Source: Antedon mediterranea (lineage: Eukaryota; Animalia; Echinodermata). From it: a stretch of 64,000 nt of DNA. Under the pieces are notes generated by a model that saw nothing but the letters and a program-made list of their open reading frames with translations, ran no database searches and was not told the DNA's origin. The stretch is from positions 24,586,912-24,650,911 of the forward strand of contig NC_092675.1 in the NCBI RefSeq assembly GCF_964355755.1, given 5' to 3'. The stretch's first letter is position 1. Each line of letters starts with the position of its first letter. Shown here one piece after another: positions 53,201-64,000 of this stretch. The translations under genes and the position numbers were made by a program.

Positions 53201-55238
53201 ATACCTTGGTATGGTCTCAAATGATGGTCTGAAATATGAATTATATTTGTAAATGAAATGGTATCCAGTGAACGTTCAAGAAGAAATATTTACATTTAAA
53301 TACATTTTGAATCACATTGTAATATGAAAGACACTAGAACTAATACCAAAAACTCTTTTGAGATTTATGATTTTCTGAAAGTATCAAGTTATTGGTGTAA
53401 AATTGAACCCACAGACGAAGAATGATTAACATGGTTTAAACATTATGATTAAACCCTTACCATTCAAATGAACAGATGAAAATGAATGGATGAATGATTG
53501 AAATAAATTATATCAACCGAAGGTTGTGTTGGTTAATTAAATAGCGTTATTTCATCAAATTATAACATTCATGGTGGAACTTTTTGCATAATTTCACACA
53601 CTGAAAAGACGGTTTTATCAACAGAAATGCTTTTATTACACAAATTAAAGGTTAGATATTCAGATATGAGATAGATTTATGAAGACATTGATCGATTATA
53701 CGATTCAGAAAACTCCTTAGGGTGTTTGTAGTGGGGGAATTTAACATGCATATAACATTATAACACCTAAGTCAATTATTTAAAAATGTATTTTTACACT
53801 AACATTCTTATGGTCGATATAAATTCTCAATACACCTCAATAAACGACAAATATCATAATACAAATGAAACTACAGTATATAAAATAAATACACAAATAG
53901 AAGTTGTATGGTAAATGAAACTCTAGTTGATTTGACTGTGTGTACTCTTCTCATTATATCGCTACAAAGGTTCTGTCGTGTTTGTGATATTTGAATATGT
54001 GACTTATTTATTAAAATATAAAATATTTTCATTGTAGAGGACGAGGCCTGTTTATCTCCGACGGACATTAGAACCAGTAAACATAGTCTTACACGAGAGT
54101 GGATGAAATCTTCCAATGACAACTATGTACAATATAACGTACTTTTAATGAATCTCGTGCATGTTGGTTGATGCATGAAACACATTTACAACCAACTCTT
54201 AGTTACCATATCAATTCTGAGCCATTCCCTACTGAGCGTACATCATTTGACAAGCGATTTGATATATGATCAAGTTTTATGTATGCGTATGATCATCAAA
54301 ACAAAAATACTCTATTAATTTGATATAAACGCATTATGTGGCCTAGAAACAAATGGATAATAAATTGACAAACAATGAGATGGTAAAACAAATTCAGCCA
54401 ATATTGTACGGTATCACGTCTAGCGACAATAAACAGTTTGCAGTATCGTGTCTGAAAGCAACAGGTTCAACAGCTGATATGAAGCATCCTATAAATTACT
54501 ATATAGATGGTAGCAATAAAACACATATTAATAATTATTTCGTTACGCACGTTACTGTGACGTCATAAAGGTACTAAGTTAATGAACGTGTCACTGCATA
54601 AACTTCAAAGATTAGCAAACATTTCGTTGTTTGTATTAAGATCTACATGTTCATTAAAACTACCTATACATTTTAATGACAGATTTGAGCCCAAGGGTTA
54701 TTATCAATCGCCTCTACACACAAATAAATCAGTCGGCTTTCGCCGTTATTTTGTGCTAAAACTATGTTAATTTGAAGTTGGCGTTGTAAATATATAACAG
54801 TAGAAACAAACACGATTCGTCTCAACAAAATTATACACAATGTATTTAGGGTTAGTGGAAACTACGGTTTACAAATGAGCATATAAAACAGTCATCAAAT
54901 AAAATTAGCCCTATATTATTATAATTTCCTTTATGATAGTGCTACATGAATATATACAGTATAGTAGACCTAAAAATAATAAAACTAAATAGAATGAAAA
55001 GTATAGTGAGCTAGTAGGCATAAATACCAATCGAATTTCACGACAGAAATTCCAATTTCGTTTACACGTGTAAAATCTTAGTAAGCTATATCTGGGTTGA
55101 CGTATTGATTGCAATGACACTTAAAAAGCAATATCAGTCAACAACTCAGAATGTAATCCGCAAGATTTAAATAAATGTGTTTAAAGATTATTTATTACAT
55201 AAAAGCCTACCTCTTTCTTGCACACTTCGATAAACCAT
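32272..55238 (-). CDS. Divergent SVOP/SV2-related MFS transporter
   Basis: Exons 45726-45827 (YKLDDAINHIDFGRFH), 37989-38060 (FADRFGRRP), 37313-37434, 36330-36390, 35922-36050 (PWLGWR), 35485-35613 (LPESPRF), 34903-35164, 34417-34528 (EKIGR), 33816-33987 (EIYPTSLRGIGVG), 33221-33334 (KETRG), 32272-32319. Putative first exon 55211-55238 (MVYRSVQER, phase-compatible) is inferred. The exon expected between 45726 and 38060 is unresolved (candidate 44301-44357). Confidence 0.8.
41005..41043 (-). ncRNA. Minimal type I hammerhead ribozyme motif (Penelope-type)
   Basis: Minus strand UGU-U-CUGAUGA-U-GAGAA-UAGU-UUCUC-GAAA-CAUG-UC-ACA: intact core, 5 bp stem II, palindromic ACAUGU stem III, GUC cleavage triplet. 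Confidence 0.65.
42715..42953 (+). mobile_element. Helentron-associated (HINE/DINE-like) element end
   Basis: (GACC)n microsatellite, then hairpin AGTCGCGT-TTTC-ACGCGACT and an A run; left boundary uncertain. Confidence 0.45.
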
Positions 55239-55299
55239 ATTTCGTTCCTATTCTCTGGTGTGATTGTGAGACGCACTTTGGGTCATATCTCTTAACGAA

Positions 55300-55500
55300 A
55301 GACTCAAATCGCACTTAACGCACGAGCGCAGACACTGCTAATATCAAAGTTCTGAGCATGCGCAAGTGTCCTGCGTTTCCAGTGGTTAATGCCGTGACAC
55401 ACTGCATCAAAGGTAAATTTAACGTCACTTCCGTTACCTTTTCAATTTTCATTTGAATGTGCCGACATTCGATTAGGATTACGTCGGAAATGTATTATTA
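55300..55500 (-). promoter_or_regulatory. Putative CpG-rich promoter for the SVOP-like gene
   Basis: NRF1-like GCATGCGCA near 55356, CRE half-site plus ETS ACGTCACTTCCG near 55422, just upstream of the candidate first exon. Confidence 0.4.
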
Positions 55501-56604
55501 TGTTTCAGCTGCTTCTGACGAAGAGAATTTAATACTTCAGCTAAGAATTTACCTAGGCCTGAGGATAAACCAAAAACAATATTTAGAATTCAAACATGAA
55601 ATCGTTTAAACGTTCAGTATGATAATATTAAACGGAATAATGGAGTTGGTGAAATCGATTAGAGGGTTTGCGTTGGAAGAATTTATGAATAAAATACATC
55701 AACCGTGTTGAACGGTAATTTGAAGCAACAGGTTTTGTGTTGGTTGTATAAGAAAACTGGGTGGATAATAATAATTTATTATTAGAGAGAGAGAACGTGA
55801 TTAATTAATCTTCCCTGGTAGTAACTAATAAATTATGGTACTACCGTGCTTACAACCTTAATAGATAAATTATAATGTGACAGGGGCGGATCTAGGATTT
55901 TGATAAAGAGGGGACCGATATGGAAAAATAATCGTTTAGGGGGGTCCGTCTAGGGGGGTCCGTATGCTCTCCGGAAAATTTTTTTTCTAGACGTCCGGAG
56001 ATAGCAAAGATATTTCTTTGAAGGCCTAAACAAATTAATTTTAAATGGACGCTACAAAAATAACCCTCCTCTTAATCACTGCATGGATACCTAATTATCA
56101 GACTAGAACGTATCTTTGTTACGTTTTGCTTTCAATCAATTTTCATATCACGCAATTTATTTTAAAAAAATATAATAATAATAATAATACAATTGGAATA
56201 GTGAGGGATTAGTTACACTATTGTACTGGCGCCAACGAAACTGACCTTCACAACCAAATTCTTTAAAGTGCACACAGGTTATAACTGTGTACACTTTTAC
56301 CTTCTGACTTTATTTAGCATTTAATTCAAAATAACAATTTTACATTTTGATCAACATATTTATAGCAGCAGCTTCATAACTGTTTTTAAATTATTAATTA
56401 ATATTTAATTTGCATTATTGATTATATTATTAGAATTTGTTACCTTACCAGAAGTACCTTCATCGGGGACTTCCCCTGACGTTCGCATTGAACGCAAATG
56501 TTATCCTGTTGTTCGCGTATAATACAATCCTCGGTTTGCCAGCGCATTTCCGGCGAACTAGCATGATGTACGTGCGAGAGTACCATTTGCGGTCATCTAG
56601 GGGT

Positions 56605-56742
56605 GTCACAAGTGGCTTTTGACATGAGTGGACTTTGAAACAGTAGACTTTGACAGGGACTGAATAGGACATTAGTGGCCCTTGACACGATTGGACTTTG
56701 ACAGAGACTGAATAGGACATAAGTGGCCTTTGACATGAGTAG
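56605..56742. repeat. Short degenerate tandem repeat (AGTGGC-TTTGACA-GA-TGGACTTTGA-AG-GACTGAATAGGACAT)
   Basis: 2-3 imperfect copies downstream of the WRN stop codon. Confidence 0.6.
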
Positions 56743-56936
56743 ATTGTTTGGTGCCTTTTTTTCTTAACAACAATGTTCTACCAAAATGTCTCACATTTCA
56801 TAGGCTCCAATAAAACTGCAATGCTGTAAGTAGTATTAATTTCTAGAATCTCATACAGTTTCCTTTATTTCAATATTATATTTACACTGTATATTTGTTT
56901 GTTACCAATACTAACTAAAAAGTCTGTCATGAAGTT

Positions 56937-59900
56937 TCAAAATATAGAGCTTTTCTTTTTCAATGTTGTACTATTGTTGCATGATTTTTTGGCGGAATTA
57001 GCATTTAACCAATCTGGAATTTTCCGTTTGCCACCAGCACTGCTGGAGTCATTTGACTTTGACGTAGATGTTGTTATTTTCGAACTGGTACTAGCCTGAA
57101 AAACGATTTTAAAACATTAAAACATAGACAAACAAAAGTCAGTATTTGATTTCTCTACTTATCAGTAGACTTTACCGTAGAATCATTAAAAAAACTAAGT
57201 ATTGGAATACCAATGTATATTTATCACTTATTTTGTAACTTTATTGCGTTATGCTGGTTGCCTAATGTTAATCTAATATAATGTATTCTCTTAGGTGTAT
57301 GTCAATACCTTATCAAATTGTTTTCCTGTGACCTTTGGTTTTTCATCTACAACTGATGGTTGTCCAAACTTTTTTTGCAGAATTACAATCGCCAGTTTTA
57401 TTTGGTAATATTCAACGTAATCGGGCAAAACATCCTTGATGGCTTTTACGTAACGAATATCTACAAGACGTACAAATCAAAAACTTACAATAAGTAATAG
57501 TAGTAATAATAAGTTTACAATAAGAGAGTTTACTCACCTAAACTCTAGTAAGTGTACATGTATGAATAATGGTTAATTACCATAAGAATAGAAGCAACCA
57601 TTTGATGCACTTATATATTTTATGTTACTTTCCTGGCCGCAAGTTTATTCAGTGTTTAACATGAAAAATGTATTAAGAGTATCAAAAGTAAGGGTAAGAA
57701 ATGTAAATATGTGCACTGGAACAATTTAAAAGACCATTGAGCAATTGTTCTATTTGCAAACAATTTAATACGGTGTACTATTTTGTTGCAACTTGCACCC
57801 AAATATGTTGAAGACAAGAAAACTTGGTTTGGCTGAAAACTTTGAAATACAGCTGTGAAAGTAATATTTACCAGAATTAATTGGTGGTGCTCTAATTGCA
57901 TCTTCAATTAATTTCAGTAGTTTGTCAGTCATTCCAGCTGCAAAGAAAAAACATAACAAACACAGAATTAACATTGAAAAAAAAACATCTGTATGTAACT
58001 AATCTATATATAAATAATAATGATTGCAAAGGCAAAATACTGAAAAAATGACAATGCTGTGGCTGGATCTCAATGGAGATACAAAAAAAGCGAAATCAAA
58101 TCAATAAAGTAAAACAGCCAGAAAAGTTAGCAGAGCTTTCGGGCATAATAATAATAACTGTTATAAACTCCTCTTCCAAAAACCGTCAACTCTCCTAATC
58201 ATTCTTTCCTACTCTCCAGTAAAGTTAGGTCAGTGTTGTACACCTTGCAATTCCAAAGGTAAATAAAATATAGAAAGTCTTCTGGAAAAATTCCCTTCAC
58301 AAACAAATGTTTTGATACAAACCTCTTTGAATGTCTACAGCATGGCCTGCCTCTAAAGCATCAGCAATATGACCACCTATCGTTGAAAGTTTAAATCCTC
58401 TAGAATTGACAATTTCTTGCTAAAACAAAAAAAGCAATGCATTGATTTAAAGTTAACCAAACTAAAGTAATTAGTTAATTACATGTGACTACTTTTTTAA
58501 ATCGTAAACATTGAGTCTGATTTCAGTTGCAATTATGGAGTGTTATTTTTAGTTGCAACTATGAAATCAGATTTTAGTTGCAACTATGCAGTCTAATTTT
58601 CAGTTGCAATTATGGAGTCTACTTTCAGTAGTAGTGTTTTTAATTAATTAGTACTTCTTAGTTTTGTTTTTTGTATTGTATAATAATGATGGAGTAAGAA
58701 AAAGAGAAGTTTTCTGTTTGGGCTCATGCCTATTACTTGCTCCTGTCAAGATAAAATGTAAATCCTACTTTTTAGGAAACTTTTGCCGAATAAATATTAT
58801 TATTAGATTAAGTTGAAGCTTATGGAGTCTCATTTCACCTACAAAACCGAAATAATTATCACTATCTAGATAATAGGTAGGTAGGTATTTATACATATAT
58901 CTACATATGGTTCATCTAGAAAGGGATCAATCTCTTACCAGTGTTCTTCCTTCCTCCATGAACATGTAGTAGGACATTTGTTTTGTTTCAGAAAGAGGTT
59001 TCTTGACTCCCATTTGTAAGATGCTATTACTTTTGCTTGATTTCTAATCATTAAGAAAAATTATATACTCATATATACTGTACACTCAAATAATAAATAA
59101 ATAACATTATCACTTAATCCTAATAGATAAATTAAAACTATCATCTTTTAGGTGGATTTTTTTCTTTCTTTAAAGCTTAACATTTGTATCAATTAAAGTT
59201 ATACTGTAATAAATTCAGACATTTATGGTGTACCTACTGGAACAATATCAGTTGTTGTTTCCACTTTTTCTTCAGGAAAATTATCAACATCTAAATTATG
59301 TTCTTGACTGAATTGTTTGATGGCGTCAATAAATCGTTGACCGTATATCTGAGCACGCCCCTCAGAGATTCCATCAACCTTAAGTATTGATTTCATTGAA
59401 CTAGGTCTATGCAAAGCAGAAAGATAAAGTATTATACAAACAACGAATGAGTTAAATATCTTGAATCAATAGGGACGCAGCAGGACGGGAGAACGTTGGT
59501 GAACACAGCTTACGTGTTCATTGAAGCATGACAATCATTCCTTCATTACCAAGCACAGTTTTATAGGGCTAATAACACATAATATTGAGACATTTCAAGT
59601 TACATAATAATAGTATAGTGGTATAATACATTTTTGGAAACTACATGGCAGACTAGCCTAAATTATTTAGAAAGGTAGAGCCATACCGGATACAGAATAG
59701 AACAGTTATAGACGGTGCCTAGTACTTTTTACATTATGTAAACTGTGCAAAGAAATTGCCACAGCAATGCTGTTTAAGAGATATGTTTTGTAGGTACACA
59801 ATTCTGTTTCACTGTGCTTTCGCTTTGCTTACCTGATAAGGGAAAGTGCTGTGAGGTTCTTATTGTTTGCAATCATATAAGGTGCTGCACCTTTTTCATC

Positions 59901-60977
59901 AGCAATGGCATTTCGTAACTCCATCAGTTTAGTATATAACTTGCCCTATCAATCAAACAAAACTATTAAAATTAATATTTATTCATTTCTGAATTGAGTT
60001 GGAATTATAGAGTATGATTTATGTTGCAACTATGGACTCCACCTTCATTTGCAACTATGGAGTCTGGCAATTGCAATGGAGTCTGCAATTGTAACAAATA
60101 CAGTAGTTACAATTGCAATTAAACTGCTTTAGCAGTCTCTCAAATATATTTTTAATGCATAGAATTAAAACACATAACACTGACCTGTAACATTTGAACT
60201 TTAGGGTCAACTGCCTTTTGTGTTGGTCTTATTTCTTCCCCAGTATCTAAGCTGAAATAGCTGCTTGTCCATTGAGAACTCTGTACTGAAGACAATATAG
60301 CAGGCTGAGGTAATAAGTTGATCGGTTTCTTTTCTTTGTTTAATGATTTCAATTCCTGAAAATAATATTAAAGTATTAAAACTAAAATGACAGTATAAAC
60401 TTTGGATTTCAGAACAGGAAGAACTAGCAAGTTCTTGCTCAAATGATTAAAAATATTCTGGTTTTTAATAGATTAACTGTGCTTAAATTTTACCAGTGTT
60501 CCTATTATTATTTAAGACGAGAGACATAATTCAGTTTTTTTCAATGTCATATACTATTTGGCCATAGAATATTACACAAATAATGAATGTTTATGTGTTT
60601 GATGGTGAGAATATTTAAAGCAGTCATGGAATAAAATATTCTCTCCATTTAACGAATACAAAACATTTATTATTTGTTTTATAACACACCTACTGTTTTA
60701 AAATAAAATGATATTAAATGTATCCATCATTAATCATTATGAAAGCGAGGCCAGGAAGTTAGGCCATTCAAAAAGGTAGTGCTCCGACTTGCACATGGAG
60801 TAGAACAGCTATAAACGGCACGCACTACAGGTTTATTTTCGAAAGTTGGTCAACAATCTCACGTAACAAAAAGTTTACAAAAGACTGAACATATATTAAA
60901 GACCATTATCACCATTAGATATCACTTTTACACATGACGCCTAATTAACCAATCAAATGGCAAGAATGTGTGTTATA

Positions 60978-61018
<41 letters not shown>

Positions 61019-63619
61019 TCAGGTTGAAATTATCAGACCGTTAGGATAGAGTGCTCAATACCAAGGTAGAGCATAAATAAATAAAATAACAGCAGAAAAC
61101 TTGGTATATATATATATATATATAAACAAATCAGGCAAAGAACATTAATTCTAAACCGCCCGGTGATATACTGAAATTTAATTAATTAATTTGAAACGAT
61201 AAAGATGAGGAAATCTGTGAGAATATATATATATATATAAGCCATCTACCTGATTTGTTTATATAGATATAAGCCATCTACCTGATCTGTTTATATATAT
61301 ATATATAGATATATGCCATCTACCTGATTTGTTTATATATATATATAGATATAAGCCATCTACCTGATTTGTTTATATATATATATATATAAGTCATCTA
61401 CCTGATTTGGTAAGAACTTGTATGAAGGGTTATCATTGTTGTTGTTATACAACCAACTTCTGCCTTTTGTTGAAATACCCATCAAACTGCCAAATTTGCT
61501 TTTAGACTTTCTTTCTTCTAGTATTCCTTGTAGTAGTAATTGCCGACCTACATTAAATAAGTTGTAATTTGTTTTGTTTTTTTTTCTCAAAAACTTAATT
61601 AATAAATGAATATAAATTAAAAAAAAAAAACTTACCAAATACTTTCCACCATTTCTCTGACTTATCTCTGAAAACAAAAACAGAAATCTGAAATTCCCTT
61701 GTTTTGTCAATATTAATGTTACTGTTGTTTCTAAATGATATTTGATATATAGCAATAGTAGCAATTATTCAGATTAAAATGACCTTAAAACCTTCTAGAG
61801 GCTTTGATTTTAAAAAGGAGTTATCAGTAAATTTAAATCTATCGAACTCTAATCCGATTTTTGTTGTTAAAATTATTAATATTCACGTTAAAGATTTTCT
61901 GATTTATGCATTATCTTTTATTTTTACCAAACTGGACAGTAGACTGTTAGTACGCTACCACCAAAACAAATTTGTATGATGGTATAACTTACTTTCCTTT
62001 ACCAAATATCTTGTGGTTAGTCAACCATTCCGGCATTCTTTGATTGGTCTGAAAACAAAAATAATTCAATTCTCATGATATTCTTCTGTAAGACAGTAGT
62101 TGAGAAGAGTATGAATGAAACATAAATAGTAGACAACTGTTGGTATGAATTCAATTAATGGTAAATGGATCTGCTGAATAAAAAATAAAAAAAAATCCTA
62201 AATATAATGTGCATGTGAACACAAATCAACGCAACAGAAGGGTAACAAATATAGTACAATTACATAAAATACAGCTATACTGTATTCATACTTATAACTA
62301 AGAGCGAATTAATAGCAGCATTACAGATATCAATTGTCTATAAGTTTAGGACAATTTAGTTCAGTACAAACTGCAGTGCATGCAGCATATATTATATATG
62401 ATTGTACTAACAGTAACTTTGTGTATAATGTAATGTACAGTATGTAGGCCTATGTGGGTTCATTTAACCTTTCTGCTTCTGTTTCGAACCTCATCTGGTA
62501 TTTGGTTGTCCTGACAATGGTATTCCCTAACAATGCGCGTCCCCTGTTATAATTAATGGTCTATTCGTCTATTTATTTATTTATTTATTCTTTTTACGGT
62601 ATCTTAATTAATGTAACTAGTTTTTAGTGGGCCTCCTATCACAAGCCCCTTGGGGTTTCTTGGAGGTCCCTATCATCGTTATTAAAAATATGTTTTACTC
62701 CTTGCTTGTTTTGTTTGTTTATGAGATGAATAAAGATATTTATGTATGTGTGAGTGGTGGAAGCTTCCATTAACTTATAGGGTAATCATTTACAGTTTTT
62801 TGTGAGAGTTAATACATGTTTTAACACCAACTGTATTTAACTTCAATGTACTGCTATTATACTACTACTACTGCGTCGAGCTTGCTCGGATTCTTTTGAC
62901 TACTCCTTGCACTAAACCTTGACGTGGTGGATTGGCTTGCGTGTTTTGTTGATCCGGAGAGCTATGCTGGCGGGAGCCTCGGCTCCTGGTAGGGTTACCC
63001 AAGCCAGACAGGTCCAAAGGGAGAAACCAGACGAAGATAGTGCAACCAAACCCATGGCGCGACTGTTCCAGCATCTGGCGGCAAAGTGGTAGTTGTAACC
63101 TCTGTGTCTGGAAGTAGCTTTCGACAAGTTATAACTATTTCTTAACTGGCTGTAGAATTGGCGAGCGCAGTCAGTATATTCAGCCACCGAAAGATTTAAA
63201 TGACTACACAAATTCCCCGACGTTCATCCCGCATCGCTCGTCGCGCGGTTAACCAAGGAGAGCGTTCTACCGCTGTCCTGGATTCTCCAGCGGAGTCCGA
63301 AAAGTCAGCTAGAGATCCAAAAACAAAAATGAACTTGCTGAAATGCAAAAACTTCATCATTATCTCAACCTTTAATGTTCGTACTTTGAACACCATCAAT
63401 CAGATACCTGAACTTATCGCAAACTCGACTGCTATTATAAAAACTAATAAAGTGAATGAACTCACAGACCCACGAAGCATTTGAACTGGTATTCCTAAAC
63501 CAAATCTCTCATTGCCTGCATCAATAGCTAACAGAAGATTCTTAACCTCTGGACCAAACTCCTTCTCATCATCCACATCTTCAGCGATGCCATTAATACG
63601 ATTTTCTTGTTGCTGAATA
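56937..63619 (-). CDS. WRN: Werner syndrome RecQ helicase, 3' half (RQC, HRDC, C-terminal HTH)
   Basis: Exons 63466-63619 (RFGLGIPVQMLRGS), 61993-62048, 61636-61667 (SEKWWKVFG), 61402-61547, 60185-60355, 59833-59945 (LYTKLMELRNAIA...PYMIANNK), 59238-59406 (KVDGISE), 58939-59043, 58323-58419, 57872-57937, 57309-57460, 56937-57095 ending KRKIPDWL...KKKSSIF*. Confidence 0.92.
58022..58144 (-). mobile_element. Penelope-like terminal fragment, homologous to 4090-4258
   Basis: Reverse strand GCCCGAAAGCTCTGCTAACTTTTCTGGCTGTTTTACTTTAT...CATTGTCATTTTT matches the first copy. Confidence 0.6.
58515..58628. repeat. GTTGCAACTATGGAGTCT minisatellite
   Basis: About 5 copies here, with related copies at about 58810-58838 and 59997-60090. 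Confidence 0.7.
61218..61410. repeat. Tandem repeat of a WRN splice donor with (TA)n spacers
   Basis: Five copies of CATCTACCTGAT(T/C)TG; the last one is the real exon/intron junction. Confidence 0.85.
62870..63425 (+). mobile_element. RTE-clade LINE 5' UTR and start of the APE endonuclease
   Basis: CCTTGACGTGGTGGATTGGCTTGCGTG...GAGCTATG...GGTAGGGTTACCCAAG...CAGGTC...CCAGAC resembles RTE (Expander/BovB-like) 5' UTRs; ORF 63200 contains IISTFNVRTLN, the APE N-terminal motif. Confidence 0.7.
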
Positions 63620-64000
63620 CTGTCAATAGAAATACAAATGATTATGATTATTGTTGTTTCTCACTGGCTACACTATTGAAGATTTAAATGAAATAACCAA
63701 GTCAGGTTTATCCTTTATAGCAAGTGTTAGCTCTCTGATCTTTGGTGAAGGAGCAGCTGTTAGCAGCAGAACAGTATCTGGTAGGGTTTACTTGGAAAAG
63801 CTGCCTGGCAACTTCTGCAGTAGATCTAGTTACATTTATTTTTTATCATTAAATTAAAATTGAATAGGGTTCTTCTTCCATATTTTCTTTTAAATTTACG
63901 ATGGGAACAGTCAACCACGACCCATGTGGACGTGACCGTCATGTGCAAGTTCAGTCAATCTAAAAGTCCCTAATTATGCTTAGTAGAAACAATGGAGTTT

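Noticed and set aside
47300-55120. Short ORFs across 47-55 kb
   Set aside because: Low-complexity AT-rich translations with no motifs or splice support; probably intronic.
55881-56000. CAGGGGCGGATCTAGG hAT-like MITE end (a similar end lies at 6226)
   Set aside because: Only one terminus is visible and there is no TSD, so boundaries cannot be supported.

Overview
AT-rich, intron-rich animal DNA, probably an invertebrate deuterostome such as an echinoderm (inferred from gene content and repeats, not proven). Five spliced genes were rebuilt by hand from GT-AG junctions: an arylsulfatase B/I/J-like gene (minus, runs off the left end), a 13-exon family I inorganic pyrophosphatase (minus), a 3-exon Nodal-type TGF-beta ligand (plus), a divergent SVOP-like MFS transporter (minus, one internal exon unresolved) and the 3' half of a WRN RecQ helicase (minus, runs off the right end). 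Repeats include a 4.0 kb EnSpm/CACTA-type element upstream of nodal whose empty site survives in a neighbouring tandem duplicate, an AcademH-like element nested in a LINE, a Kolobok-type MITE, Harbinger-like MITEs, a solo LTR, SINEs, an RTE 5' end and Penelope-type minimal hammerhead ribozyme motifs. Most short ORFs in the supplied track are artefacts. I found no prokaryote-style novel system. The best leads are the ribozyme motifs, the EnSpm cargo and empty site, a dual-start pyrophosphatase, nodal features and synteny, and strong enrichment of the palindrome TAGGCCTA.
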